This document shows positions 1-9,500 of a stretch of DNA of 64,000 nucleotides, in pieces (positions within the stretch are counted from its first letter, which is position 1; every line of letters begins with the position of its first letter). The notes under the pieces were generated by a model. It was not told the DNA's origin and searched no databases. It saw only the letters and a program-made list of their open reading frames with translations. A program made the translations under genes and the position numbers. This stretch comes from Acidimicrobiales bacterium (lineage in GTDB: Bacteria; Actinomycetota; Acidimicrobiia; Acidimicrobiales; CATQHL01), in NCBI GenBank assembly GCA_965221525.1, contig CBDCSG010000008.1, forward strand, positions 852,575 through 916,574, written 5' to 3'.

Positions 1-1
1 C

Positions 2-217
2 CTCGACCTCCGCGGCGAGGGCACCCTGATGGATGCCCGCCAGACGGGCCGCAGCGACCTGAAGCTGGCCTCGTTGCGCCGCGACCGGGACTGGGTGCCC
101 AAGGCCCGCCGGGCGGCCATCGAGATCATCGACGGCGGTGGTCCGGGGCCGGTGCTGGACGATGAGATCGACCTCCTGCTGACCGATTCGGACATCGACT
201 ACTTCGACAAGTCCTGA
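2..217 (+). CDS. recG: ATP-dependent DNA helicase RecG, C-terminal fragment (5'-truncated by window)
   Basis: Frame from base 2 reads LDLRGEGTLMDARQTGRSDLKLASL, matching the RecG TRG motif (LRGxGxxxGxRQSG..LKLA); lies upstream of rsmD-coaD as usual in Actinobacteria. Confidence 0.85.
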   Translation, partial: LDLRGEGTLMDARQTGRSDLKLASLRRDRDWVPKARRAAIEIIDGGGPGPVLDDEIDLLLTDSDIDYFDKS

Positions 218-344
218 AACGGCGCCGGCGCGACGCCTCGACGCCGTCCCCGCGGCCGGCGTGGCGCGAAAGCGGCGCTGCCGCGGTATGCCATAGGGGA
301 GGCCGGGCCGCACCGCGGATCCCGGCCCGAGCCAGGAGGAGTCC

Positions 345-986
345 ATGAGCGCCGAACGTCGCCCGAGCGAGTTGGCCCGGCTGTCCGAGGTGCGCCGCGT
401 CGGGACGGAGCGCACCGGCCAGGTCGCCGGTGTCCTCGGCGCCGCCTTCGCCGACGATCCGCTGCTGGTCTGGCTGCTGGCGGACGTCGAGGTCACCGAG
501 CGGGCCGAGCGCGGCGTTGCCTGGTGGCGCTTCATGGTCACCCACCTGCCGCGGGGCAGCGAGATGCACGTCACCGGCGACGGGTCGGCCGTCGCCTGCT
601 GGCACCCGCCGGGCGCCGAACCCCTGCCGGCCGCCGTCGTGGGGGACTTCAGGGCGATGGTCACCGAGCTCACGGGCGAGCGTGCGCCCCTGGTCCTGGA
701 GTCGCTCTCGCGGATCGCCCGCCGCGCGCCGCACGAGCCGCACTGGCACCTGGCCGCGGTCGGCGTGGATCCCGATCACCAGGGCCGGGGAGTCGGCGGG
801 CGGCTGCTCGGCGCCATGCTCGGACGTTGCGACCGGCAGGGGGTCCCCGCGTACCTCGAGTCCTCCAACTCGCGCAACGTCGGCTTCTACGAGCGCCTCG
901 GATTCCGGGTCACCGGCGAGGTGGCCACCGTCGACGAGCGGGTCCTCCTCACGCTGATGTGGCGAGATCCGGGGAGCGGGCGATGA
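345..986 (+). CDS. GNAT family N-acetyltransferase
   Basis: HWHLAAVGVDPDHQGRGVG acetyl-CoA motif A, AYLESSN and FYERLGF; GGAGAG RBS upstream. Confidence 0.9.
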   Translation: MSAERRPSELARLSEVRRVGTERTGQVAGVLGAAFADDPLLVWLLADVEVTERAERGVAWWRFMVTHLPRGSEMHVTGDGSAVACWHPPGAEPLPAAVVGDFRAMVTELTGERAPLVLESLSRIARRAPHEPHWHLAAVGVDPDHQGRGVGGRLLGAMLGRCDRQGVPAYLESSNSRNVGFYERLGFRVTGEVATVDERVLLTLMWRDPGSGR

Positions 987-1552
987 CGCGCATCATCGCC
1001 GGCGAGGCCCGGGGGCGCCGCCTCAAGGTGCCGCGGGGCAACCAGGTGCGCCCCACGGCCGACCGCGTGCGCGAGTCCATCTTCGGGGCGCTCGGCAGCC
1101 TCGTCGACCTCGACGGGATGACGGTGCTCGACGCCTTCGCCGGCAGCGGTGCGATGGGGCTCGAGGCGCTCTCGCGGGGTGCGGCGCACGCCACGTTCGT
1201 GGAGCGGCACCGGCCGACCCTGGCGGTGCTGCGCGCCAACGTGGAGGCCCTCGACTTCGGCGACCGGGCCCGCGTCGTGAGCGCCGACGTTCTGCGGTGG
1301 CTCGGCGCCGCGGGCGGGGCCTCCTTCGACGTGGCCTTCTGCGATCCGCCGTACGACTTCCCTGTGTGGGACCGGTTGCTCGGGCGCCTCGAGGCCACGA
1401 TTCTCGTCGCCGAATCCGACCGGGCGGTCGTGGCGCACCCCGCCTGGAGTGTCATCTCCGAGCGCCGCTGGGGGAGTACCGTGGTGCAGATGGCGAGACG
1501 TCAACCGGCTGGGCCCGCACAAGCGCCGGCGGCATCCGGCGAGGAGCGCTGA
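983..1552 (+). CDS. rsmD: 16S rRNA m2G966 methyltransferase RsmD
   Basis: MTRIIAGEARGRRL, RPTADRVRES, LDAFAGSGAMGLEALSRGA, DPPY; ATGA overlap with the GNAT stop. Confidence 0.93.
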   Translation: MTRIIAGEARGRRLKVPRGNQVRPTADRVRESIFGALGSLVDLDGMTVLDAFAGSGAMGLEALSRGAAHATFVERHRPTLAVLRANVEALDFGDRARVVSADVLRWLGAAGGASFDVAFCDPPYDFPVWDRLLGRLEATILVAESDRAVVAHPAWSVISERRWGSTVVQMARRQPAGPAQAPAASGEER

Positions 1553-1553
1553 C

Positions 1554-2036
1554 GTGGTCCGCGTGCTGTACCCGGGCTCGTTCGATCCCGTTCACAACGG
1601 GCACGTCGAGATCGTCGAGATGGCCGCCGACATATTCGACGAGGTGATCGTGGCCGCCATGCGCAACCCGCAGAAGGGCGAGACGCTGTTCGGCATGGAC
1701 GAGCGGGAGGCCATGCTGAAGGAGTCGTTCGCGCACCTCTCCAACGTGTCGACCACGATGTTCTCCGAACTGGTCGTCACGCTCGCACGCAGGGAGAACG
1801 TCGACTTCATCGTGAAGGGTCTGCGCGCGGTGACGGATTTCGAGAGCGAGTTGCAGATGGCCCAGACCAACCTCGAGGTGGCGGGCGTCCATACCGTGTT
1901 CCTGCCGACCGCCTCGGCCAGCTCGTTCATCGCCTCCAAGTACATCCGCGAGATCGCCCGCTTCGGGGCGGACGTCACGTCGATGGTGCCGCCCGCAGTG
2001 GCGCGGCGCCTCGCCGATCAGTGGCCGGCGGCGTGA
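1554..2036 (+). CDS. coaD: Pantetheine-phosphate adenylyltransferase
   Basis: YPGSFDPVHNGH, IVKGLRAVTDFESELQMA. Confidence 0.96.
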   Translation: MVRVLYPGSFDPVHNGHVEIVEMAADIFDEVIVAAMRNPQKGETLFGMDEREAMLKESFAHLSNVSTTMFSELVVTLARRENVDFIVKGLRAVTDFESELQMAQTNLEVAGVHTVFLPTASASSFIASKYIREIARFGADVTSMVPPAVARRLADQWPAA

Positions 2037-2677
2037 GTCTGTACGACGATCCGTTCGACCCGGGCGAGGGCCCGGTGCCGCCGGTCGGCGACGACACGGC
2101 GACGGGTGCGGGCGCCTTCGAGTCGCTCGCCGGCGCCACACCGGGGGTCGTCGAGGACGTCGAAGCGGCACTCGCCGACCTGGAGCGCTACATCCGCGGG
2201 GCGCGCTCGTCGAGCCTCTCCGCGCACGTGCGCGTGGACCGCGACCATGTCCTCGAGATGATCCAGGCCGTCCGGGCCCGGTTGCCGGTGGCCCTCCGCA
2301 GCGCCCGGTGGCTCATCAAGGAGCGGAACGACTACCTGGCCCGCGCCAAGCGCGACGCCGAGGAACTCGTCGACCAGGTGAAGTCGGAGGCCGCCCGCAT
2401 GGTGCATCGCACCGAGGTCGTCAAGCAGGCCGATGTCCGGGCGCGCCGGATCGTCGAGGCGGCCGAGGAGCAGGCCCGGCGCCGGCGTCTCGAACTGGAG
2501 GACTACTGCGACGCGCATCTGGCCCGGTTCGAGGACGCCCTGAGCCGCGCCCTGGCCAATGTCCAGGACGGCCGCCAGAAGCTGCAGGGCGACGTCGAGC
2601 TACCCGCCGGCGCGCCGGCGGAGCCCGACGACGATCCCGAGGACGACTCGGGGTTCTTCGACCAAGATCAGGGTTGA
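2033..2677 (+). CDS. Coiled-coil DivIVA/SepIVA-like (Rv2927c-type) protein
   Basis: Coiled-coil sequence (A..EAE.I...A) in the conserved coaD-X-yceD-rpmF position; GTGA overlap with coaD. Confidence 0.7.
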   Translation: MSLYDDPFDPGEGPVPPVGDDTATGAGAFESLAGATPGVVEDVEAALADLERYIRGARSSSLSAHVRVDRDHVLEMIQAVRARLPVALRSARWLIKERNDYLARAKRDAEELVDQVKSEAARMVHRTEVVKQADVRARRIVEAAEEQARRRRLELEDYCDAHLARFEDALSRALANVQDGRQKLQGDVELPAGAPAEPDDDPEDDSGFFDQDQG

Positions 2678-3198
2678 GCGAGCAGAATCCAGACCCTGGC
2701 TCGCTGCCCGTGGCGGTCAGCGATCTTCTGTCGCAGCCGGGCAAGCGCCGGACGATCGACGGGCGGCAGGTCCTCCGGGAACTGTCGGTGGGCGCCGGGG
2801 GCGTCGCGGGGGACGCCGTGGAACTGCAACTCCTGCTGGAGGCTCAGGCGGGGCGGATCCTGGTGTCCGGCGTGGTCCAGGCCTCGTGGGAACTGGAGTG
2901 CAGGCGCTGCCTGCGCCCTGTCCGCGTCGCGGTGGCGCCGGCGGTGACCGAGGTCTTCGAGGACGCGCCGACCGAGGGCGAGACGTTCCCGCTGGTCGAT
3001 GAGACGATCGACCTGGCGCCGATGCTGCGCGAGACGGTGCTCCTCACGCTCCCGCTCGCCCCGCTGTGCGGAGCGGACTGCCACGGACCCGCCGAAGGCG
3101 CCTACTACGGGCAGGGCGGCGAGGGTGACGAGCCCGCCGTACCGGAGCGCGATCCGCGCTGGGCCGCTCTGGACGACTTCCGGCCCGACGACGGCTGA
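2674..3198 (+). CDS. yceD: YceD/DUF177 family 23S rRNA accumulation protein
   Basis: ECRRCL, IDLAPMLRETVLLTLPLAPLC, DPRWAAL; immediately upstream of rpmF. Confidence 0.9.
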   Translation: MSEQNPDPGSLPVAVSDLLSQPGKRRTIDGRQVLRELSVGAGGVAGDAVELQLLLEAQAGRILVSGVVQASWELECRRCLRPVRVAVAPAVTEVFEDAPTEGETFPLVDETIDLAPMLRETVLLTLPLAPLCGADCHGPAEGAYYGQGGEGDEPAVPERDPRWAALDDFRPDDG

Positions 3199-3231
3199 GG
3201 AAGCGACCACCGGGGCCGCTACCGTCACGGT

Positions 3232-3411
3232 GTGGCCGTTCCCAAGAAGAAGACGTCCAAGTCCCGCACCCGTAGCCGCCGCGCCGCCGCGTGGCGTCTT
3301 GGCTCGCCGGCCCGGTCATCCTGCTCGCGCTGCGGTGCAACCAAGCTTCCCCACCGTGTCTGCGGGCAGTGCGGTTGGTACGGCGGTCGCCAGGCGGTCG
3401 AGCCGGACTGA
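3232..3411 (+). CDS. rpmF: 50S ribosomal protein L32 (zinc-ribbon form); missing from the ORF track
   Basis: Manual translation: MAVPKKKTSKSRTRSRRAAAWRLGSPARSSCSRCGATKLPHRVCGQCGWYGGRQAVEPD. Confidence 0.96.
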   Translation: MAVPKKKTSKSRTRSRRAAAWRLGSPARSSCSRCGATKLPHRVCGQCGWYGGRQAVEPD

Positions 3412-3482
3412 CACACGGCGCGACCCGTGAGCCGCCTTCTCCGGGACCTGTCGCGTAGCGCCGAGTCGCAGCCGCAGTCGCC

Positions 3483-4472
3483 GTGAGTTCGCTTCCCGTC
3501 GCCGTCGACGCCATGGGGGGCGACAACGCGCCCGGGGCGATCGTGGAGGGCGCCCTCATGGCCGCCGCCGGCGGCCTCGAGGTGCTCCTCGTGGGGCCGC
3601 CGGAGCAGCTCGACGGCAGCGGGCTCGAGGTGATCCCCGCCCGGGAGGTCGTGGGCATGGACGCCGACCCCGGCGCCAGCGTGCGACGCCTGAAGGATGC
3701 CTCGGTGGTGCGAGCCGCCGAGGCCGTGCGCGACGGCCGGGCGTGCGCCATGGTCTCCGCCGGCAACACCGGTGCGGCCATGGCGAGTGCGCTCCTGCGC
3801 TTCGGCAGGATCAAGGGCGTCGCCCGCCCTGCGGTCGCCTGCCTGTTCCCGGTTCCCGGACGGGCCACCCCCACGGTGGTGCTGGACTGCGGCGCCAACC
3901 CCGACTGCACGGCCCCGTGGCTGGTGCAGTTCGCCCGCATGGGCGCCGTCTATGCCCGGGCGGGATCCGGCGTGGCCGAGCCGCGGGTCGGGCTGCTGTC
4001 CATCGGCGAGGAGGCCGGCAAGGGCTCGGCGCTCGTCAAGGAGGTCTTCGAGTTGCTCGGCGACGAGGCGTGGCAGGCCCGTGCGGGGGCGCGCTTCGTG
4101 GGCAACGTCGAGGGCCGCGACCTGCTGGTTGATCGCGCCGACGTCATCGTCACCGACGGGTTCACGGGCAATGTCCTGCTGAAGACGGCCGAGGGTGTGG
4201 CCGGCGTGATCGCCGAGCAGATCATCCTGGCGGCGGACAGCTCCCCCGATGCGCGCGCCGGCGCCGACCTGTTCTTCCCGGCCCTCATGGGGCTCTACGA
4301 GACGTTCGATCCCGAGAACACCGGCGGTGCGGTGCTGCTGGGGGTCCGCGGCGTGTGCACCATCTCGCACGGGTCCTCGAGCCCCAAGGCGATCGCCAGC
4401 GCCATCGGTGTGGCCCACGGGCTTGCCGCCGGAGGCATCGTGTCGCAGATCGCGGCCGCGGTCGCCGGTTAG
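3483..4472 (+). CDS. plsX: Phosphate acyltransferase PlsX
   Basis: AVDAMGGDNAP, SAGNTGA, GNVEGRD, DGFTGNVLLK, SHGSS. Confidence 0.96.
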   Translation: MSSLPVAVDAMGGDNAPGAIVEGALMAAAGGLEVLLVGPPEQLDGSGLEVIPAREVVGMDADPGASVRRLKDASVVRAAEAVRDGRACAMVSAGNTGAAMASALLRFGRIKGVARPAVACLFPVPGRATPTVVLDCGANPDCTAPWLVQFARMGAVYARAGSGVAEPRVGLLSIGEEAGKGSALVKEVFELLGDEAWQARAGARFVGNVEGRDLLVDRADVIVTDGFTGNVLLKTAEGVAGVIAEQIILAADSSPDARAGADLFFPALMGLYETFDPENTGGAVLLGVRGVCTISHGSSSPKAIASAIGVAHGLAAGGIVSQIAAAVAG

Positions 4473-4527
4473 AATCACCTCCCCGACGGGCGCCGCCGCG
4501 CGCCAGCCACAGAGAGGAGGCAGCGCC

Positions 4528-4818
4528 GTGCCGGCCGAAACCCACGTTTCGCAAGGTCCGATGCCGCGGTCGGAGATTCTGGATCAGATCCGGGGCCGGT
4601 TGGCCGACATCCTCGAGATCGATCCCGCCGACATCGCCGAGGGGGACTCGTTCCTCGACGACCTCGATGCCGATTCCCTGGCCCTGATCGAGCTGGTCGA
4701 GGCCCTCGAGGAGGAGTTCGGCGAGCGCACCGTGGGATTCCGCATCGACGACGAGGACCTGCAGGATCTGCGGACGGTCCGCGACGCGGTGGACTACGTC
4801 GAGGCTCGCCTGGGCTGA
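4528..4818 (+). CDS. acpP: Acyl carrier protein
   Basis: DLDADSLALIELV phosphopantetheine site; AGAGGAGG RBS before the GTG at 4528. Confidence 0.92.
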   Translation: MPAETHVSQGPMPRSEILDQIRGRLADILEIDPADIAEGDSFLDDLDADSLALIELVEALEEEFGERTVGFRIDDEDLQDLRTVRDAVDYVEARLG

Positions 4819-5745
4819 GTGGCCGCCGTCGACCCCGACGCGCTCGCCGAGCGCATCGGCTACCGGTTCCGTAACGAGTCGCTCGGCGAGTTGGCTCTCC
4901 GTCACCGCTCCTGGGTGGCCGAGCAGCCCGCCCGCCCCGGGGACGAACCGCAGTCCAACGAGCGGCTCGAGTTGCTCGGCGACGCCGTGCTGGACGTGGT
5001 CGTGTCCGAGCACATCTACGCGGCCTATCCCGACATGAGCGTCGGCGAACTCGCCAAGGTGCGCGCCTCGGTGGTCTCGGCCGGCAGCCTCGCAGAGGCG
5101 GCCCGCCAGCTGCGTCTCGGCGACGCCCTCCTCATGGGCCGGGGCGAGGCGGCCGCCGGTGGCCGCACCAAGCGCTCGATCCTCGCCGACGCCACCGAGG
5201 CGATGATCGGTGCCGTCTACCTCGACGGGGGCTGGGAGCCGGCTCGCCGGCTGGTGATGTCGCTGCTCGGCGGACGTATCGAGGCCACCGCCGCCGAACC
5301 GGGCCGGGACGACTTCAAGACGGTGTTGCAGGAACGCGCCGCCCACCTCGCCGGCACGGCGCCGTCGTACGAATCGAGCCACAGCGGCCCCGATCATGAG
5401 CGTGTCTACCGCGCGATCGTGCGGATCGACGGGCAGGAGTGGGGGACCGGCGAGGGGACGACCAAGAAGCAGGCCGAGCAGGCGGCGGCGTGTGCCGCCC
5501 TCGGTCGCTTCGACGTCGCCCCATCCCCGGACGCCCCATCCCCGGACGCCCCATCCCCGGACGCCCCATCCCCGGACGCCCCATCCCCGGACGCCCCATC
5601 CCCGGACGCCCCATCCCCGGACGCCCCATCCCCGGACGCCCCATCCCCGGACGCCCCATCCCCGGACGCCCCTGTCGAGGATGCGAACATATTGGGCGCG
5701 CCGGCTCCGGGCGGGGACGGCAACGATGTTCGAAGGAACTCATGA
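4819..5745 (+). CDS. rnc: Ribonuclease III with (SPDAP)10 C-terminal tail
   Basis: NERLELLGDAVL signature, ADATEAMIGAVYLDGG, dsRBD (KTVLQE..GPDH..GEGTTKKQAEQAAA). Confidence 0.96.
   Translation: MAAVDPDALAERIGYRFRNESLGELALRHRSWVAEQPARPGDEPQSNERLELLGDAVLDVVVSEHIYAAYPDMSVGELAKVRASVVSAGSLAEAARQLRLGDALLMGRGEAAAGGRTKRSILADATEAMIGAVYLDGGWEPARRLVMSLLGGRIEATAAEPGRDDFKTVLQERAAHLAGTAPSYESSHSGPDHERVYRAIVRIDGQEWGTGEGTTKKQAEQAAACAALGRFDVAPSPDAPSPDAPSPDAPSPDAPSPDAPSPDAPSPDAPSPDAPSPDAPSPDAPVEDANILGAPAPGGDGNDVRRNS
5518..5672 (+). repeat. Perfect 15-bp tandem repeat (CCATCCCCGGACGCC)x10 inside the 3' end of rnc
   Basis: Ten identical units visible at 5521-5670. Confidence 0.98.
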
Positions 5746-6593
5746 TCGAATCACCTGAAATAGAGGTCGTGCGCCGCGAGTTGGAGCGCGACATCATCGG
5801 CCGGCGGGTGAAGGCGGTCACGGTGCATTCCGCCAAGGCCACCCCGGACCAGAGCGCCGAGGAACTCAACGAGCGGCTGGGAGGGGCGAGGATCGTCGGC
5901 GAGGTCGCCCGCCAGGGCCTGCAACTGCTGGTCAGCTTCGACAACGACGAGATCGCGGCGATCTCGCTGGGCACCGGCGGCCATCTCCGCCGCTATCCCA
6001 GCAAGGAACCCGTCGATCCCCAGACCCGTGTCGTCGTCGCCTTCACCCAGCACCGCCAGGAGTTGCGCCTGCTCGACCACAAGGAGGGCGCCCGCCTGCG
6101 GTTGTCGACGCCCGAGGAACTCGCCGAGCAGGTATCGCCGGGGATCGATCCGCTCCAGACCTCGCTCTCGTGGACCGACTTCTCCAACCTGCTGCTGAGC
6201 GTGCCCGAACCGGTGCACCTGAAGGTGTTCCTGACCAGCGACGCCACGATCGTGGGTGTGGGCGACATGTACGCCGATGAGATCCTGTTCAACGCCGGTC
6301 TGCGCCACGACCGGATGACCGACTCGCTCGGCCGCCAGGAGGTCCGGCGGCTCTGGCGTGCCATCGTCGAGGTCCTTCACGACGCCGTGAAGTACCGGGG
6401 CTCGACGGTGGTGGAGGGACTCGGCCTGCCGGGCAATCACTATGTCCTGCCGTTCGGCGAGTCGGGCCAGTACCAGAACCATCACAACGTGTTCCGCCGC
6501 GACGGCCAGTTGAGCCCTCGCTCGCGCCGGCCGATCGTGCGCGCCAAGTACCGGGGACGCTGGACCTACTACTGCGAGCAGTCCCAGGTCTAG
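5742..6593 (+). CDS. Fpg/MutM-Nei family DNA glycosylase homologue, atypical catalytic residues
   Basis: rnc-X-smc position; H2TH motif IVGVGDMYADEILFNAGL; N-terminus MIESPEIE instead of MPELPEVE; degenerate C-terminal finger. Confidence 0.85.
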   Translation: MIESPEIEVVRRELERDIIGRRVKAVTVHSAKATPDQSAEELNERLGGARIVGEVARQGLQLLVSFDNDEIAAISLGTGGHLRRYPSKEPVDPQTRVVVAFTQHRQELRLLDHKEGARLRLSTPEELAEQVSPGIDPLQTSLSWTDFSNLLLSVPEPVHLKVFLTSDATIVGVGDMYADEILFNAGLRHDRMTDSLGRQEVRRLWRAIVEVLHDAVKYRGSTVVEGLGLPGNHYVLPFGESGQYQNHHNVFRRDGQLSPRSRRPIVRAKYRGRWTYYCEQSQV

Positions 6594-6595
6594 AC

Positions 6596-9500
6596 GTGTT
6601 CCTGAAGTCCCTCACGCTCAAGGGGTTCAAGTCGTTCGCGCAGACGGCGGTTGTCGACTTCACCCCGGGGCTCTCGGTCATCGTGGGTCCCAACGGCAGC
6701 GGCAAGTCCAACATCGTGGATGCCGTCTCGTGGGTGCTCGGCTCGCAGGCCCCCACGGCGCTGCGGTCCCAGCAGATGGACGACGTGATCTTCGCCGGGA
6801 ATCCCGGCCGGCCCGCACTCGGCCGGGCCGAGGTGACCCTGACGCTGTGCAACGACGACGGGCGGCTCCCGGTGGACCTCCCCGAGGTGGCGATCTCCCG
6901 GACGCTGTTCCGCAGTGGTGAGAGCAACTACGCCATCAACGGTGCGCCGGCCAGGCTGATCGACATCGCCGAGCTGCTCGCCGCGGCCGGCGTCGGCCGG
7001 CACCGGCACGTGATCGTCTCCCAGGGGCGGATCGACGCGGTCCTGAACGCCAAGCCGACCGAGCGGCGCGCCATCCTCGAGGAGGCGGCAGGGGTGTCGG
7101 CGTTCCGGCTGCGCAAGGAGAAGGCTCTGCGGCGCCTGGCGGACACCGAGGCGAACCTGGCGCGGCTCGCCGACCAGTTGAACGAGGTGCGCCGTGCGCT
7201 GCGCCCCCTCGAGCAGCAGGCCTCGGTGGCGCGCCGGCACGGTGCACTGGCGACCGAGCTCGAGGCGTTGCAGATCCACCGGCTCGGTGTCGAACTGACC
7301 GACCTGCGCGCCCGCCGCAGGGACGCGGCCACGCGGCGTCGCGACCTGGCGGACCGCCGCGCCGCGGCCGGGCGCCGGTTGACCGTCGTCGACGGGCGTA
7401 TCGGCGAGGCCGAGTCGCGGCTCTCGGGGATGGGTCACATGCGCCTGGCGGAGGCATCCGAGCGCCTCGCCGTCCTGCGCGACCGCACCGGGGCCGCCCA
7501 GCGGGCGATCACCGAGCGCCGGCGCGACGAGGAGCGGAACCGCCAGGCGCGCCTGGCGAGCGACGTCGTGGCGACGCTGAGCGGCGAGGCCGCCCGGATC
7601 GAGACGGCGCTGGCCGACAACCGGTCCCGCCGGGCGGCCCTGGCGAGCGCCCAGGAGAAGCTCACCGCCGCCACCCGGCTGCTCGAGGCCGACGTCGAGG
7701 CCCACGCGGCGCGCTGGCGCCGGCCCGCCGGCGACGGGGAGTCCTCTGCGGAACTCCGGGGCCGGCTGGCGGCTCTCCGTGACGCCGCCGAGCAGGCCGA
7801 ATCCCACGAACGCGAGCTCACCGGTGCCAGCCGGCGGTTGCAGGAACGCCTCGAGGGCGCCACGGCCGCCCTGGGGCAGTCGAGCGACGAGGTGGAGGCC
7901 CGGCGGGCGGACGAGGTGACCGCGTCGGAGGCTCTCGACGCCGCCGCCCGGCGGCAGGCGGAGGCCGATGAGGTGGAGGCCGCGGCCCGCCGATCGCAGA
8001 GCGAGGCGGCGGCCGCCCACGACCGGTGGCGCTCGCGGGTCGATGCGCTGGCGCTGGCGATGGGCGATGTCCGGGCCCGCTCGGGGATGGAGGTCCTTGC
8101 CGGGAGCGACGGTGTGGTGGGCGCGCTCGGTGATCTGGTCGCGGTGGACGACGGGTGGGAGGCGGCATTCGAGGCCGCAGCGGGCGACGCGCTCGCAGCC
8201 GCCGTGGTGGATGGCAGCGGGGCGGCCCGCGCGGCCCTCGCAGCCCTCAGCAGCGCCCACGTGGCCGGTGCGGTGCTGCCGTCGCATCTTCGCGACGCCG
8301 ATCCGCCGCCGGTGGGCGATCCCCTGCGCCGGCACGTGCGGGCGCGGAACGACACCGTGGCCCGGGTGCTCGACAGCCTCGTCGGATCGGTCGCGGTGGT
8401 GCCCGGCTGGTCGGAGGCGCTCGACGCCGTCGAGGCCCATCCCGATGCCACGATCGTCACGCCCGACGGGGACTGCTTCTCGCCAGGGGGCTGGCGCGTC
8501 GGCGTGACCCGCTCGGGGGCGACCGGGGAGGCACTCACCGAGGCCCGCGAGAACCTCCGTCTGGGTGAGACTGCGCTGGCCGCGGCCGACCGGGAGGTCG
8601 CGGAGGCGGCGTCGGCCGCGGCTGCGGCATCAACCGCCCGCGAGGCCGCCGCCGGCGCGCACCGCGCCGCCGTTCGCCGCCTCGGAGAGGCCAGGCAGCA
8701 AGCCGCCGACATCGAGCGCAGGCGGGCATCGGTCCGCGCCGAGGCCGATGTCGCCGCCGCCCGCGCCGAGGAGTCGGCGCAGCGAGCCCGGCGGCACCGG
8801 TCGGATGTCGAGGAGACCGCGGCGCAGCTCGCGGAGCGGGCCGACGCCGAGCGGGCCGCCGAGGAGTCGGCGGGCTCCGAACGGGCCGGGCTGGACCGCC
8901 GCCGAGCCGATCTTGCGGGCGAGCGCCGCTCGCTCGAACTCGGCGCCTCGGAGATCCGGACCCGGCGCACCGTGCTGTCCGACCGCCTCGCCGAGATCCG
9001 CGCGCGGCTGGCGGGACATGAGTCGGCGATGGCGGAGGCCGATGCCGACGCGCAGCGCAGTGCCGCCCTGGGGGAGCTGGCGGAGCGGCTCGGGGCCGCC
9101 GCCGGTGAGTGCACCGAAGGACTCGAGCGGTTGCGCGCGCGCCAGCGCCGCGCGGCCGAGGCCGTCGCCCGGGCGGCGGCGCAACTCGAGACCGATCGCC
9201 GGCGCCGCGGCGAGTTGGCCTCGTCGCTGGAGGAGCTGGCCACCGAGCTGCTCGGCGCCCAGCGCAGCGAGGACGAACTGGGCCTGCGGATCGAGAACGT
9301 CGTCGAAACCCTGCGAGACCAGTACGACTGCGACGATGTGCGTGCGGCGCAGTCCGCCGAACCCGCGCTCCCCTCCGGCGCCACGATCGGCGGGAGGATC
9401 AGGGAGCTGGAGCGCCTCCTGCGCAGCATCGGTCCGGTGAACCCCCTGGCGGTGCGCGAGCACGAGATCCTGCGCGAGCGCCACGACCAGATGGCGTCGC

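Noticed and set aside
5518-5672. Tandem repeat as a CRISPR array
   Set aside because: Units are contiguous 15-mers without spacers, lie in frame within rnc, and no cas genes are present.
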